DNA of 64,000 bases from Fimicolochytrium jonesii (Eukaryota). A program made the position numbers and the translations under genes. Location of the stretch: contig NW_026515701.1 in NCBI RefSeq assembly GCF_025526975.1, positions 186,001 to 250,000 on the forward strand. The letters are read 5' to 3'. The notes under the pieces were generated by a model, which did not search any database, was not told the DNA's origin, and was given only the letters and a program-made list of their open reading frames with translations. Shown here piece by piece: positions 21,183-32,203 of the stretch (position 1 is its first letter; the number at the start of each line of letters is the position of its first letter).

Positions 21183-22047
21183 ATTTGCATTTACCATCCA
21201 CAAGATTCGAACCTCCCTTCTCCTTGGTACGTTGATTCCCCGTTTCAGGGGTCTCCAAGCCCTCTTGATATGTACGCTCTAATTTTCTCTTTGCACATTT
21301 TCAGATGAAAAAACCAGAGTAGTGGGCAGTCGATACTTAGTGCAGCGGACGAATCATAGGCTTTCTTTTTGAATATGACGAAAGTAGATACCAGAGCTGG
21401 ATGCATTCTTGAACTTGCGAGCGGATTTTTGATGATGCGATTCGATTGGGGAGCAGGCGTGATGCTGGTCTCCGCTGCAGAAGGGCCGGGTTACGAGAGG
21501 ATTCTATGATGATCTGAGGAGGTTGGAACGAGGCCTTCGTACCTCGGAGACCAACTTCCGCTTTGCAGCACTGCTTTGCTTTGAAATTCTGGAGCGAAGG
21601 TTCCATACCGAGCACCTTTAGATCTAGGGGCGGTCGAACTTGAAGTAGCTCAGCAGACTCACTTGCGAAGGCTTACTGGACACTCTTGTGTCGGTGCGTA
21701 CCCGTGGCATGTCCGATCGGAGTCTGGCTCACGGTCCGTAAGGTTTGAAAAGCTTCGCTTTGCCAAAGCCAGAGCAACTCCTATTTCCGGAAATCATTGA
21801 GCACTCGATCACTGCCAGACACTAGTGGAACACAAACTGTACATAAGATACAAAGAAAATCTACACAGGACAAGGGCTTACACACAAGCGGAGTTTACCC
21901 GACGCTCAACCCTAGCTATGACTAGCGGCAGATGCAAATCCCCGTTGTCGCAAGTCGTCTGATGCGCCATACCCTACACCCTGCCTTTCCGCTCCCGAAA
22001 GGGCTTATCACCCTCCTCACCCGTCGTCAGTTTCAATCCGCTCCATC

Positions 22048-22795
22048 TTAGAATCCCCTTCCTCGTCCTCCGGGGCCACCAGGTCCACCCGGTCCACCCG
22101 GCCCACCGGGTCCAGCACGTCCTCTACCTCGCCTACTGGCTTGTGCTCTTGCCACAGTCGCCCTTCCTCTTCCTAGCCCAATACCTCTCCCTTTCGTCGC
22201 CCCCGGCCCAACCTGCTTGAACATGGGCGCATTCTTGAGCATATCAGGCACGATGAAGAATCTAATTTGTGATCCTCGGACGTAGACTTGATCGAGGTTT
22301 GCTTGACGACCGTCGCGGTGTGTGACACGGATTTCTTTCAGTTGCACGTTCATGTTGTCTTCAGCGTCCAGAAGTTTGCCGCGGTAGATCGATCCGGACT
22401 TCAATTCGAGTGTAATGACATGGCCCTCCGCCTCGTGGAGGAGCTGTTTGGAAAAAAGGACGAAATCAGATCAGCAAGTTGATCGAGTTCACAAGTCCAT
22501 CAACGACACCCGAAGGTATACGATTCCTCTTCGATTCCCGAATGAGCCTTCATCCTGATCCTCCACCACGGGGATCGTTAATCCCTGTAGCGTTATCATG
22601 CCCACTCTCTCACGGAACAAATCCCTCCATATCTCGCAAGGCATGTCCTGATCACAAACAACCGTCCTCCACAAAGCACTCAATTTCCGGAGCACGGCTT
22701 TGACTACTTAATATGTCTAGCTCGAGATCGAGCCGGACCGAGGCCAAACTACTCTGGGAACGATTACTTACCTTTATTGGGACGCCGATAGACAT
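22048..22795 (-). CDS. SMD3: Small nuclear ribonucleoprotein Sm D3, 2 exons
   Basis: MSIGVPIK (22795-22772) | LLHEAEGH...[16 protein letters not shown]...[22 protein letters not shown] plus RG/GPG-rich tail. Confidence 0.97.
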
Positions 22796-23153
22796 TGTTG
22801 GAATGGGCTTCCAGAAGTGAACCGAGAATCAGCCGCGAAGATCTGGCGATGTTATAGAGCGAACGGTAGGTTGCAGTGGTGCGGATTCACTTCGTAACAA
22901 GTGCGGCGGTATTGGATGCCGAGACAGTTATGATCAAGCTACGAATCAGGAGGCGCCGATGCTCGAGAGCAGAGCGAGCACACTCAAAGGACGACTTCTG
23001 CGAAGTTTATTGAGTCACGTGGGTCCTTTATAAGGCGGCAATACGTGCTACAGGAGCTCAGCAATTAAATGAGCATCCAAGCAGCGCGAAATGAGGAAAA
23101 GAGCCCAATAGTTGTACTGAGAGACATAGGGACACTATCAAATATGTACCCGC

Positions 23154-23881
23154 CTATCTATTTCGTTTGCGCTTCTTCGCCTTCTCTTTTCCCCAAATAG
23201 CAGTCATGTCCCGAAGAAACTTCTCATAGCCCTTGTGATCGGTAACGCAAAGGATGACCCCTTTGACATCCTTTCCGTCCGGCTGCGGCCAAGCGACGAA
23301 CTGCACAACAACTCGGTCCCCGCTTTTAGAATGCTTGTAAGAGGACACTTTATCGCCGCACCCTGTGAGAGGCTCCCATGCTTGCTACTAAATTCTTTCT
23401 CAGAGGCTTGTACTACGACATCCGGATATGATTCCGCCTTGGTTTTGACCACCAGAGAAGGTCGTCCATCCGGACCCACAACGGCGACAGCGAGATTGCC
23501 CAAAAACAAATAGCTAGGATAGTTTTCATCCTCCTTCCAGTTTACGTCTAAAAGGGAGAAGAAGCGTTGAAGAGCTGTATCGAAACCCAAACATCATCCG
23601 ATCATACGGTAAAGGGATCACTTGGCATGGCGCGCAGAGGCTTCCGCTAAAGTGAGAGGCTGTAAACCAAGTGCTTTGATGGTTCGCAAGGTATCCAGAG
23701 CAGCGGCGGCTTCTTCTCCTATCTCTTCGTCTCCTGAGCTCGAGTCCGTTTCGCCGTCAGATTCCACTAACGACACCGTTACCGATGTCCTCTTTTGCTT
23801 TTGTCGTGTGTGCGTGGTATTCTTGAACTTTGGGAACGCCACAGTCACTTGGATGGTGTCCGTCGCTACGACCGCGGCCAT
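23154..23881 (-). pseudogene. Hypothetical gene or pseudogene in three non-contiguous coding-like segments
   Basis: Protein-like segments MAAVVATDTIQVTVAFPK..., DVNWKEDENYPSYLFLGNLAVAVVG..., and GDRVVVQFVAWPQPDGKDVKGVILCVTD...KKRKRNR. I could not join them with strong splice sites without an in-frame TGA or a frameshift. Confidence 0.3.
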
Positions 23882-24096
23882 ACTGGTCTTGACGCTGGGT
23901 TTCGTCGTTGCTGGGTGGGAAGGATGAAGGGGATGCGACATGGCCACCGTTATATACGTATACGCCATCTGACTTCCCCACAAGTAACTGAAACACACAC
24001 ATCACGTGACTTCAGATTAAATCTGGTCCGTACGTACTCGACATCATCACAATTCAGATCAGCGCTGCTCACTTACGCAGCATCCAGGTCGCAACC

Positions 24097-24698
24097 ATGG
24101 CCCTCGCTGCCAGAGAGAAGCTCGATATCCTCCTTCGGGACGTCAAAAGCACAGACTCGGGTGTTGCGCACACTTTTCCGCTGCGTTACCCTCTCTCAAG
24201 TGGGGTACGCACCAATGGACAGTGAGAGTTCACGCGGACGATTATGATTACAGCGTAATGATGGCGTTCGGTCGGAAGCGACTTTCCCTGCTAGGCTTCA
24301 TCTGCGAGGGCCCGTCACAGTTGCAGCTAGCACAGATCTCCAATTGCACGCGGATCATGACTTCATTGCGTCGGCGCAGGGGCAAGCGAGTCTCAATTCA
24401 AGCGGGGCGCTACAGCTAACGTCCGGGACGTCTACAAGTATCGCATCTGCAGCAGATCTTGCTTCGCATGCGCAGGATGATCTCCATCTCGCTTCGACTA
24501 CCGGTAAGATCATGCTCGCTTCCGACACGAAGGTAAGAAGGGAATAGCTTGTCCTTTGCGGACGTATCGCTAAGATCGCCCTCGCCCTCAACCCTTCAGA
24601 TTCGGAACAACGAGGACGCCGCAAAAGACGTGTCAGTGGATATCCAAGGATCTATCAATGGCGATTGTATGTACTTTGTTGCAATTAGTGTGTATTAA
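24097..24698 (+). CDS. Hypothetical ~150-aa octapeptide-repeat (gp5/VgrG-like beta-helix) protein, 3 exons
   Basis: Good start context caaccATGG. Exons 24097-24221, 24295-24532, 24600-24698 are joined in frame by GT-AG introns of 73 and 67 nt. The middle exon is nine 8-aa repeats. Confidence 0.65.
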
Positions 24699-24823
24699 AT
24701 GTTCAAAGTTGTACTACGGGAACAAGGCAGAGAAAGGTCAAATGAAAGGCCAACATCCCTGAACAACCTGCGGAAGGGCAGGAAGGAAACATGATCGCTG
24801 TCTAGGAGGCTATATACGAAGGG

Positions 24824-26395
24824 TTACAGGATTGAACGCCATACCAAACTCACTAATATCGCCAAAACGCCAAGCAGAAAGAGTTTCGTCAATGGCCCCT
24901 TGTTCAGATGCAGAATGAACTCCGTAACCGATCGATCAGGGTTAGGCTTCTCTCCCACCGCCAACGCCGCGATCTGCCACTGATGCCACATCGTCATCAG
25001 CCCGGTTCCCACGGGCCCGAACGAGAGGATCTTTTCGTAGATAGCAATTCCTTTAACCCTGTAAGGCGGTACTCGGGTCAGGGAGAATCCCTCCACGCCT
25101 TCCTGCAACAATCTCCGAGGCAAGTCCGGGTACAGTGCCGCCGGGCGTCCCAGCCCAATCAACTGGCAAGCGTTGCTGGACACAGCTTCGGCCATAACCA
25201 CGCGGTCTCGGAACCCTCCGGTGACCATGAAGATGTACTCCGGGAACGCCTCACGCGCTTTGCGAGAAAAGTTGGTGAAGAACGCTTCTCGCGGCTTGAC
25301 GGGCTTAGGTGACCCATTGCTGTTGAGGGGTTTCTCTACATCCAACGCGGACAACATCCTCGGTGCTTCGTAAGTTCCGCCGCTGATCTCGATGAAATCG
25401 ACGCCACCATGCGCGATGATCATTCGGACTTGCTCCAATGCGTCCTCTTCGGTCAATCCTCCATCGACGTAGTCTTTGCTGTTGAGTTTAATGGAGATCG
25501 TGAAATGGCGCGGTAGCTTTTCTCGAATGCGGTCGATGATTTCGAACAAGAGCTGCAAGCCTTTCGTGGGGTTGTGGAAACCGTAGCGGTCTTTCCTCAA
25601 GTTTGTCTAAAAAAGATAGGGCATTACAATGAGCACCATTTTGCTCTCAAATTCTGAAGGTATTGCTAACTACTCACCTTTGGTGACATGAATTGCGCTA
25701 GCAAGTAGCCGTGAGCAGCGTGAAGCTGCACCCCAGCGAAGCCAGCGAGATGACACATCTGCGCACCAACTGCAAACTGAGCAACCACCTGCTGCACCTC
25801 TTGTTCCGACATCGCTTTCGGTGTTCCAAACACAATCTTGGAAGCCAGTTCATTAACGATCCCCGGTCCAAACTCTAACCGAACATCGCTGGCGGACTTG
25901 TTGGGCGTAAACACTGATCTGCCGGCACCGCGAGGACTCTGGCGCCCGGTATGGCAGAGTTGCACGATGGTTGGAGTGGGCACGGCGCCGTCTCCTTTGC
26001 ATGCTTTGGCCCACGTTTCCCAGCGCTGCAGGGAGGCTGGGTTCGTCAAGTCCGCCTCTTCAACTGTCGTGTCCCCCAATGATCCGCGGTGAGTCGGGTC
26101 CACTTGAACGTTGCCCGTGATTAGCAGACCCCATCCTCCATTTCCCCATTCTCGATAGACCTAATACGCCTTCCATTAGTGACTATCACCTGACAGAAGG
26201 ATTCGGTAATAGCATTGGCCTTACGGATGCGTGCAACTTGTTCGGCTGGTGCCCGTCTTTCTCCGCGGAGAGGTCTTCGGCCATCGCAGCTTTCACAAAA
26301 CGGTTTGGCAAGACCAGCCCGCTGGGAAGTGTGACGGAGGTTCCCAGGATGGCAGCATCCTTGGAGTCGGAAGCGGTGTCGGTCTTCAAAGGCAT
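24824..26395 (-). CDS. NADH:flavin oxidoreductase / Old Yellow Enzyme family protein, 3 exons
   Basis: LPNRFVKAAMAE, LITGNVQVD, IVQLCHTGRQ, AGFAGVQLHAAHGYLLAQFMSP, IKLNSKD, DFIEISGGTYE, MVTGGFR, IGLGRPA; hydrophobic C-terminal tail. Confidence 0.92.
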
Positions 26396-26997
26396 GTCGG
26401 CAGCAGCGTGTGGATAGTTACAGGACTCGAAATGTGTAAACGGTGGTATGCAGAACTGACTGACGTGAAGAACATTAGACAGGCCCGGTTTTATGTGGGA
26501 CGCCTACGACGAACGAGCTGCTCCGCGGAGGATCGGGATATGGTTAGCCGCATTACTAAGGGCCATTGCAATTCGCAGCAAGTGCGTATTCGGGGAACGA
26601 CAACTCCGCCAAACGGAAGCGCTTACGCGACAGTAACACCTACGAAATTCTTTAATAAGGCCCACACACGCGTTAACGGCTGTTTAGCAGGTTTCGTAAT
26701 TACACATGTCTCCCGCTCCCGCTTCCGCTTCCCATGTTATGTATAAGTAGAGACCTTACTCCGACCCCGACTTGTACAGTAGCAATACTTTCTTCGCTTC
26801 TCTGCCCAGCATTGTTCGCCTAAAACTGCTCGGGCGAGTGGGTGATCCTCCTAGGATTCGGAATGGTTGTCGCAAATGAGTGCTATCCAAATATGTCCAA
26901 GAGATCCGATGTCCAGCTCCATCCATCTAGACCACGTATATGTCGGTATTTTGGAAGCTGAAAAGATGCGCAAAGAATGATCAAGTATCTGCAAAAT

Positions 26998-27780
26998 TCA
27001 GCCGTCGTATTGTTTTTGCCACCCACCTGCAGTTTTTCTCAATGCACCATAGTGCACTTGATAGGCAATTTTCTCCACTACCGGTAGCCGCAATACCTTT
27101 TCAGATGAGGCCCCGCGGCGATGACTTCCTCCTCGTTCAAAGCGTTCCGCGTCCATGGGCAAGACGCTCCTGTTGCTTGCGGATGGAGATGACTGCGCCG
27201 CAGATCTGTTCCGAATTTGCCACACTCTCTCCGATACATGCCACAGATGGGTAAAGAAGTCCAAACTTGTTAGAAGATTCGAGGTTCGAAATTGAAGCAT
27301 GCTCAGTGAAACTCGCCAGGGTGAAGCCAATGTTCATCCACTTTGTCCCGGTTGTTCTTCGGAACCCGAGCGATCCATTCACTGCCTTCCTCGTTCATCG
27401 AGTCCTCCCACATTGGCCGCACGCCTTCCTTGAACAAGTGGAAATTCGCTCCCGTCAGTAATGTCAACGGACCTGGAATGCTGTTGAAGACGCTGGGAGG
27501 GCAACCGTCAGACGTCGCGGGAGAATATGGGCAGATTACGGGTCAAGACTTACCCCCTGAATTCCTCGACTGTGTCGAACGTGATCAATTTTCTCAAAGC
27601 CTGCTCCCCTTGTGTAGCCCAGTCCGCTTATGTGGGTTATCGAACCATAAAGTCCAACGATTCTCCAAGGAGTGCTTGATGCTGACATTTATGGGGTCTT
27701 CAAAACACGTGAGAATATCATCGTTGTCGAATTCGTCCTCTGAGCTTTCAATGCCGCTTTTCCCAGATAGTAGTTCATGA
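26998..27780 (-). pseudogene. eIF4E: Unprocessed eIF4E (cap-binding protein) pseudogene
   Basis: KHSLENRWTLWFDNP / EQALRKLITFDTVEEFRG | VFNSIP...FHLFKEGVRPMWED...DEHWL / ACIGES...ICGAVISIRK / WTRNA / IAYQVH. Three 1-nt frameshifts, one intact intron (27493-27553) and one damaged intron. Confidence 0.85.
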
Positions 27781-28026
27781 TCCTGAGTTTCGCTGAGCCA
27801 GAGAGAGAGGTTGTGGTGGTTGGACGCGAAAGGGGAGTGATAGGATGCTCTGTCTGGCTTTCCAGACGTTAGCACGAGAGCACGACAGTTCCGAGGAGCT
27901 CCAGATCCAGGAAGTCCAAAGCGTAAATGTGGAGCCCGCTTGGGTGAGGGAGGGTGAGGAGGATGCCCAAGTGGGAAGAGGACGTCCACGAGCTGTCCGA
28001 ATGTCCGAGTGTGGTTCGAGTCATGC

Positions 28027-31000
28027 ATGAGCTTCTGGCTCGGTGGGTTTCTGTCCTTGGGAAAGAGAGGGTACACCGCCCTACCCCTCCTGCGAAGCGA
28101 GGACAACGACACAACGGCTTGCCCACTCATGCCCTCAGAATACCGAGGAGGGGCTTCTTCGGTACCGCTCGGGTCGATATCTTTGCCAAGCAGCTTTCCT
28201 GGAAATGGACCAGTCGTGGGAGAGTATGTGAAGGTGGAGGTGGCACATTTGCGGGCGTGGCTTCTAGTGGACCGACAGTCAGAGGGTCATGGAGGGAAGC
28301 AAACCATTGCCTTGCCAGGCTGGCTTGCGGATATAGCCAAAGGATGTTCCATTCCGGATGGAAGTGAGGTATCCGTGACCGACAGAGTCTCTCCTTCGAA
28401 TGGGACTGCGGTTGTACGTCGCCTCAGAATTCGGAAAGTCTCCACAGAGCCATGGATACCGACGACACTGGGGATGCGAAACACCCTCGCTTCGTCGACA
28501 CCGTCCTCGATGAACATTCCGGGCCTCTTGGAAACGATCGCCACCAGCTTGGAGGATAGACCTGTAAGAAGGATAGTTCGTGTCCTTAACTTGTGAGGCA
28601 TGGTATGTGACCCTTCACGGCGCACATAGGTACAAACAGGGACGTTGTTCCCCGTGTCGGTACTTGGGCGCACTGCCGTCTTTCGCATTGAAGGCGTTGA
28701 ATCGGGAGATGACGATCCCATGCTATCTGAGCACGTTGCGATGGTTCGCAAACAGAAGTGCGAAATTGAAATCCTATCCCCTGACCCATATACCCGGGGA
28801 CGGCGGGGCCCGCGGTTTGGCGGTTATGAGGACGAGGCGGATGAGCTAGCCAGATTGATTGGTACGCCTTTTTGACTGTATATACACATTTCCAGTATCA
28901 AACCAATCTTACACTGTACTTTGTAACTGCGTAGAGGCCGCGTTGTATCATGGAGAAGCGCATGACGGGCTTAAGATTGCAAGTTTGCGAGCGATGATGG
29001 TCTGTGGGCCGACCGGAGTTGGGAAGTCTTTTTTCATTCAGTGAGTCTGAGGAGCAGCATGCCCGTTTACATTGGGAGGTTCCCCTAATCAACCTGTCTC
29101 AAGACATGTAGCCAACGAGCGGTTGCGGATCCCGGTGTTTCCCGTCCAGATCTCCGAGATCTCGGTTTGGGAAAAGGCGTCCAGCACAGCGGGTATCACC
29201 TCCGATGTCTACATCAGCCCGTTGCGCAAGGGTATCGAGAAAGCTCGCTTGACGGCGCCAGCATTGGTGATCCTGGAGGGGATGGAACTTCTTTCGGAAG
29301 GTGAGGGCAAAGCGAAACTTTCTCCCCTTCGGCGTTTATGACCTGATGACAGTCTTTCTGGTTGCAGACTTCAAAGCACCAGACTATGATCGCAACTCAG
29401 TCGCCGCAGACATCGCAAGCGAGATCCATCGCATTGAACTCGACTCTGGTGTTTGTGTGCTGGCCTCCTGTGTGGACAGCAAGAAACTACCTGGGAGGTT
29501 ACGGCGGTCGGAAGAAGGAGGGTGCTTTGATCGAATCTTGGAGCTTGATGTGCCGGCCCGGTAAGCGATCGTAAGAGCATGCTATACAATTCTTCCGAGC
29601 GTTTCCTCAACAAGGATGTTCAGACCCCAGCGAGAAGCCATCGTCCGTGGGCATCTAGACGGCCTCTATCTGGCGCCTGATATTTCCTTTTCGTTAGACG
29701 ATTCGCAAACCAAAAGCGTTGAGGAGTTGTACGCTCTGCAAATAAGTCAAGTGGGTTCATCTCTGTCATTGTCAGGGGAGACATGCGCGTGAACTGATTC
29801 CTTCCGAAACTGTAGAATAGCGCCGGTTTCATCGCGCGGGATCTACAATACCTCGTTTCTCGCGCTGTGCAGCATTCGTTGTCAAGGGTACCAACCGGGG
29901 AAGCGAGTCCTGCCGATACCCTTTCCGCCGACCTGCAAAAGCTTTCAATCGAAGATCAACCAGATACTGGAGCGAAAGGAACAGCAAATCTTGTCATCAA
30001 CTGGACCCAAGACTTCGCCTACGCCTTCTCAATCACGCGCCCCGAGCACGCCGGCTTCGAAACCAGAAAGCCAAACATCCGCTGGGAAAGTATCGGTGGG
30101 TACACTGCCCTGAAGCAGCAACTCCAACGCCTCGTCCTCTGGCCTCTCCAACAACCGGAGTCCTATACGCGTTTGGGCGTCCGACCGCCCGCAGGACTCT
30201 TGCTGTACGGCCCATCAGGATGTGGGAAAACACTGCTTGTCCGCGCATTGGCTGCAAACTCGCCTATGAACTTCATTTCGGTCAAGGGGAGCGAGATCTA
30301 TTCAAAATATTTGGGAGATTCGGAAGCTATGGTCAGGAAGCTGTTTGCTGCAGCGAGACGGTTGGCTCCGTGTCTTTTGTTCATGGATGAGTTGGATGCT
30401 ATTGCGGCGCGGCGAGGTGAGATCTCGTTGCCTCTATTGCATACGTTGTTGTTCATCAAACTCATGTTGCCATTTTGGCTGCAGAGTGGGGCGACGCAGG
30501 CAGCTCAGGCGTTAACGAACGCGTACTTTCTACTTTGCTGAACGAAATGGACGGCGTGCAAGAGCGCAAAGGGGTGTTTATCATTGCGTGCACCACGCGG
30601 CCGGAGTCGCTCGATGATGCGTTGCTTCGACCAGGTAGAAATTGCCGGGTATCTCGCACGTTGTTGAGATCTTGCTGCTAACATCGCGCTACCTTCAGGA
30701 CGACTGGATCATCATCTCTACGTCTCGCTGCCAAGTATTGAAGATCGTTTGGGGATAATGCAAAGCCTTGTGAACAAATCGGCTACTACAGGAGCTGCCG
30801 TGTCTTCGATCATCAGCGGCGACGTGGACTTCGACGCATTGGCGTCAAGAACGGAGGGATACACCGGCGCTGATCTTACTGTGCTTATTCGGTATGCGTG
30901 CATTGTGTGGTCACATTCCTTCATATAATTGCTCATTCGTTGATGCGTCAAATAGGGAAAGCGGAATTCAAGCGTTCCGGACATCAACAACAGCCACGCA

Positions 31001-31223
31001 AATCACACAAGCCAATATCGATGCTGCATTGGCTGGGGCGATTCTTGGGAATGCTGACGATGATAATCCATTTGAGAGCAGCTCTGTGGGCCATGAGGAC
31101 GAAGATGAGTGCACATCAGACGAGGAGCCCACTAAGCCGACTGGATGGTGGCGACCCGCATGGATTGGGTCGGAGGAGCTGCAGCGATTTGACAAGTTTC
31201 GCTTGGGGAGGGAGAGAGTGTGA
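28027..31223 (+). CDS. Double-ring AAA+ ATPase, AFG2/SPATA5(L1)-like, multi-exon; 5' end uncertain
   Basis: D1 Walker A GPTGVGKS with degenerate Walker B (VILEG). D2 WESIGG...[13 protein letters not shown]...[16 protein letters not shown]...FMDELD...[13 protein letters not shown]...[11 protein letters not shown]...TEGYTGADL. Confidence 0.85.
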
Positions 31224-32203
31224 CTGGAAGAAGACTGGAGGAATTGATATCGACCCCACGGCAGGTGAAAGTCAGCGGTGACTCTCTGGTACCTCTGGTC
31301 TTGGTCCGGCCTTGCCTTGCGATTTTTGGGCCCGTGGTCGTTGGACACGGAGCTTGGCTAAGATGTTATGGACGTATCGTGATAGCCTGTGAATGCCTCT
31401 CCCCCAGAATAGAACCATAGAAGGAGAGGAGATGTGCTGTATTCCCATGACTTGCGAGTCCAGCTCTGGCAGTGTGTGTGAGGGGTTCAATCCACAGATG
31501 TGTCATGCAAGACCTCGGACGTGTTTTTCTCGAACGCGTCCCGCCCTTTCCCTTTCCCAGCAGCCGGACGTCAACAAGTCCGTCCCAATTGCCTGCCTAC
31601 CACCGTCAGCGTCTCGCTTGACTCCAACCCATAGTGTTATCACCATTCAGAACTACCCGAAACTTTGAAAGCCAGACGCATCTCAGACCTTGAGTTCACC
31701 CTTTCGCGGAAAGGAAAGTCGCAATTTCCACACGTCAACCCGATTAGGTCCATTCGCCTTGACGCGACCGCAAGTATGACCGACGTCGGTGCTCAAGGTA
31801 AAGGACGCTTGGACAAAGCATACTCGCCTGCGCATGTCGCATGCTTTTTGAAATCTCTTGCGAAATGTGTATGTGTTGCTGACCGTTTCCGCGCTGTTTT
31901 GCAGGTGGGAAGAAGGATAAGCGGCGCGTGAGCAAAGATATGATTTCCACGCCAAAGGGTTTCGAGTGCGTGAGTCTTGCTCTTTGTTTTTGCTTTGGCG
32001 TCTGTTTCATGCGGCCAGTCATCCCAATGCCCCGCGACGGCCGGAGAGGCTGGCCGTACCGATATGAGATTGGCCAATGATAGTGGAGTTTCGTGCAGGA
32101 AAGGCCTCTCATCACATATATCTTTCGCAATCCACTCTTATGTCACACCAGCCACTGCCTCCACGCAAGCTCGGCATCCGAAGCCGAATCAGTTCTCCAA
32201 AAG

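Noticed and set aside
21337..21710. Possible small minus-strand spliced gene, or a C/D snoRNA (TGATGA...CTGA at ~21430-21517)
   Set aside because: The product has no recognisable features, and the snoRNA candidate lacks a terminal stem and any identifiable guide.
22067..22112. GGN-CCN repeat resembling collagen or a repeat array
   Set aside because: It is the GPG/RG low-complexity tail of SmD3.
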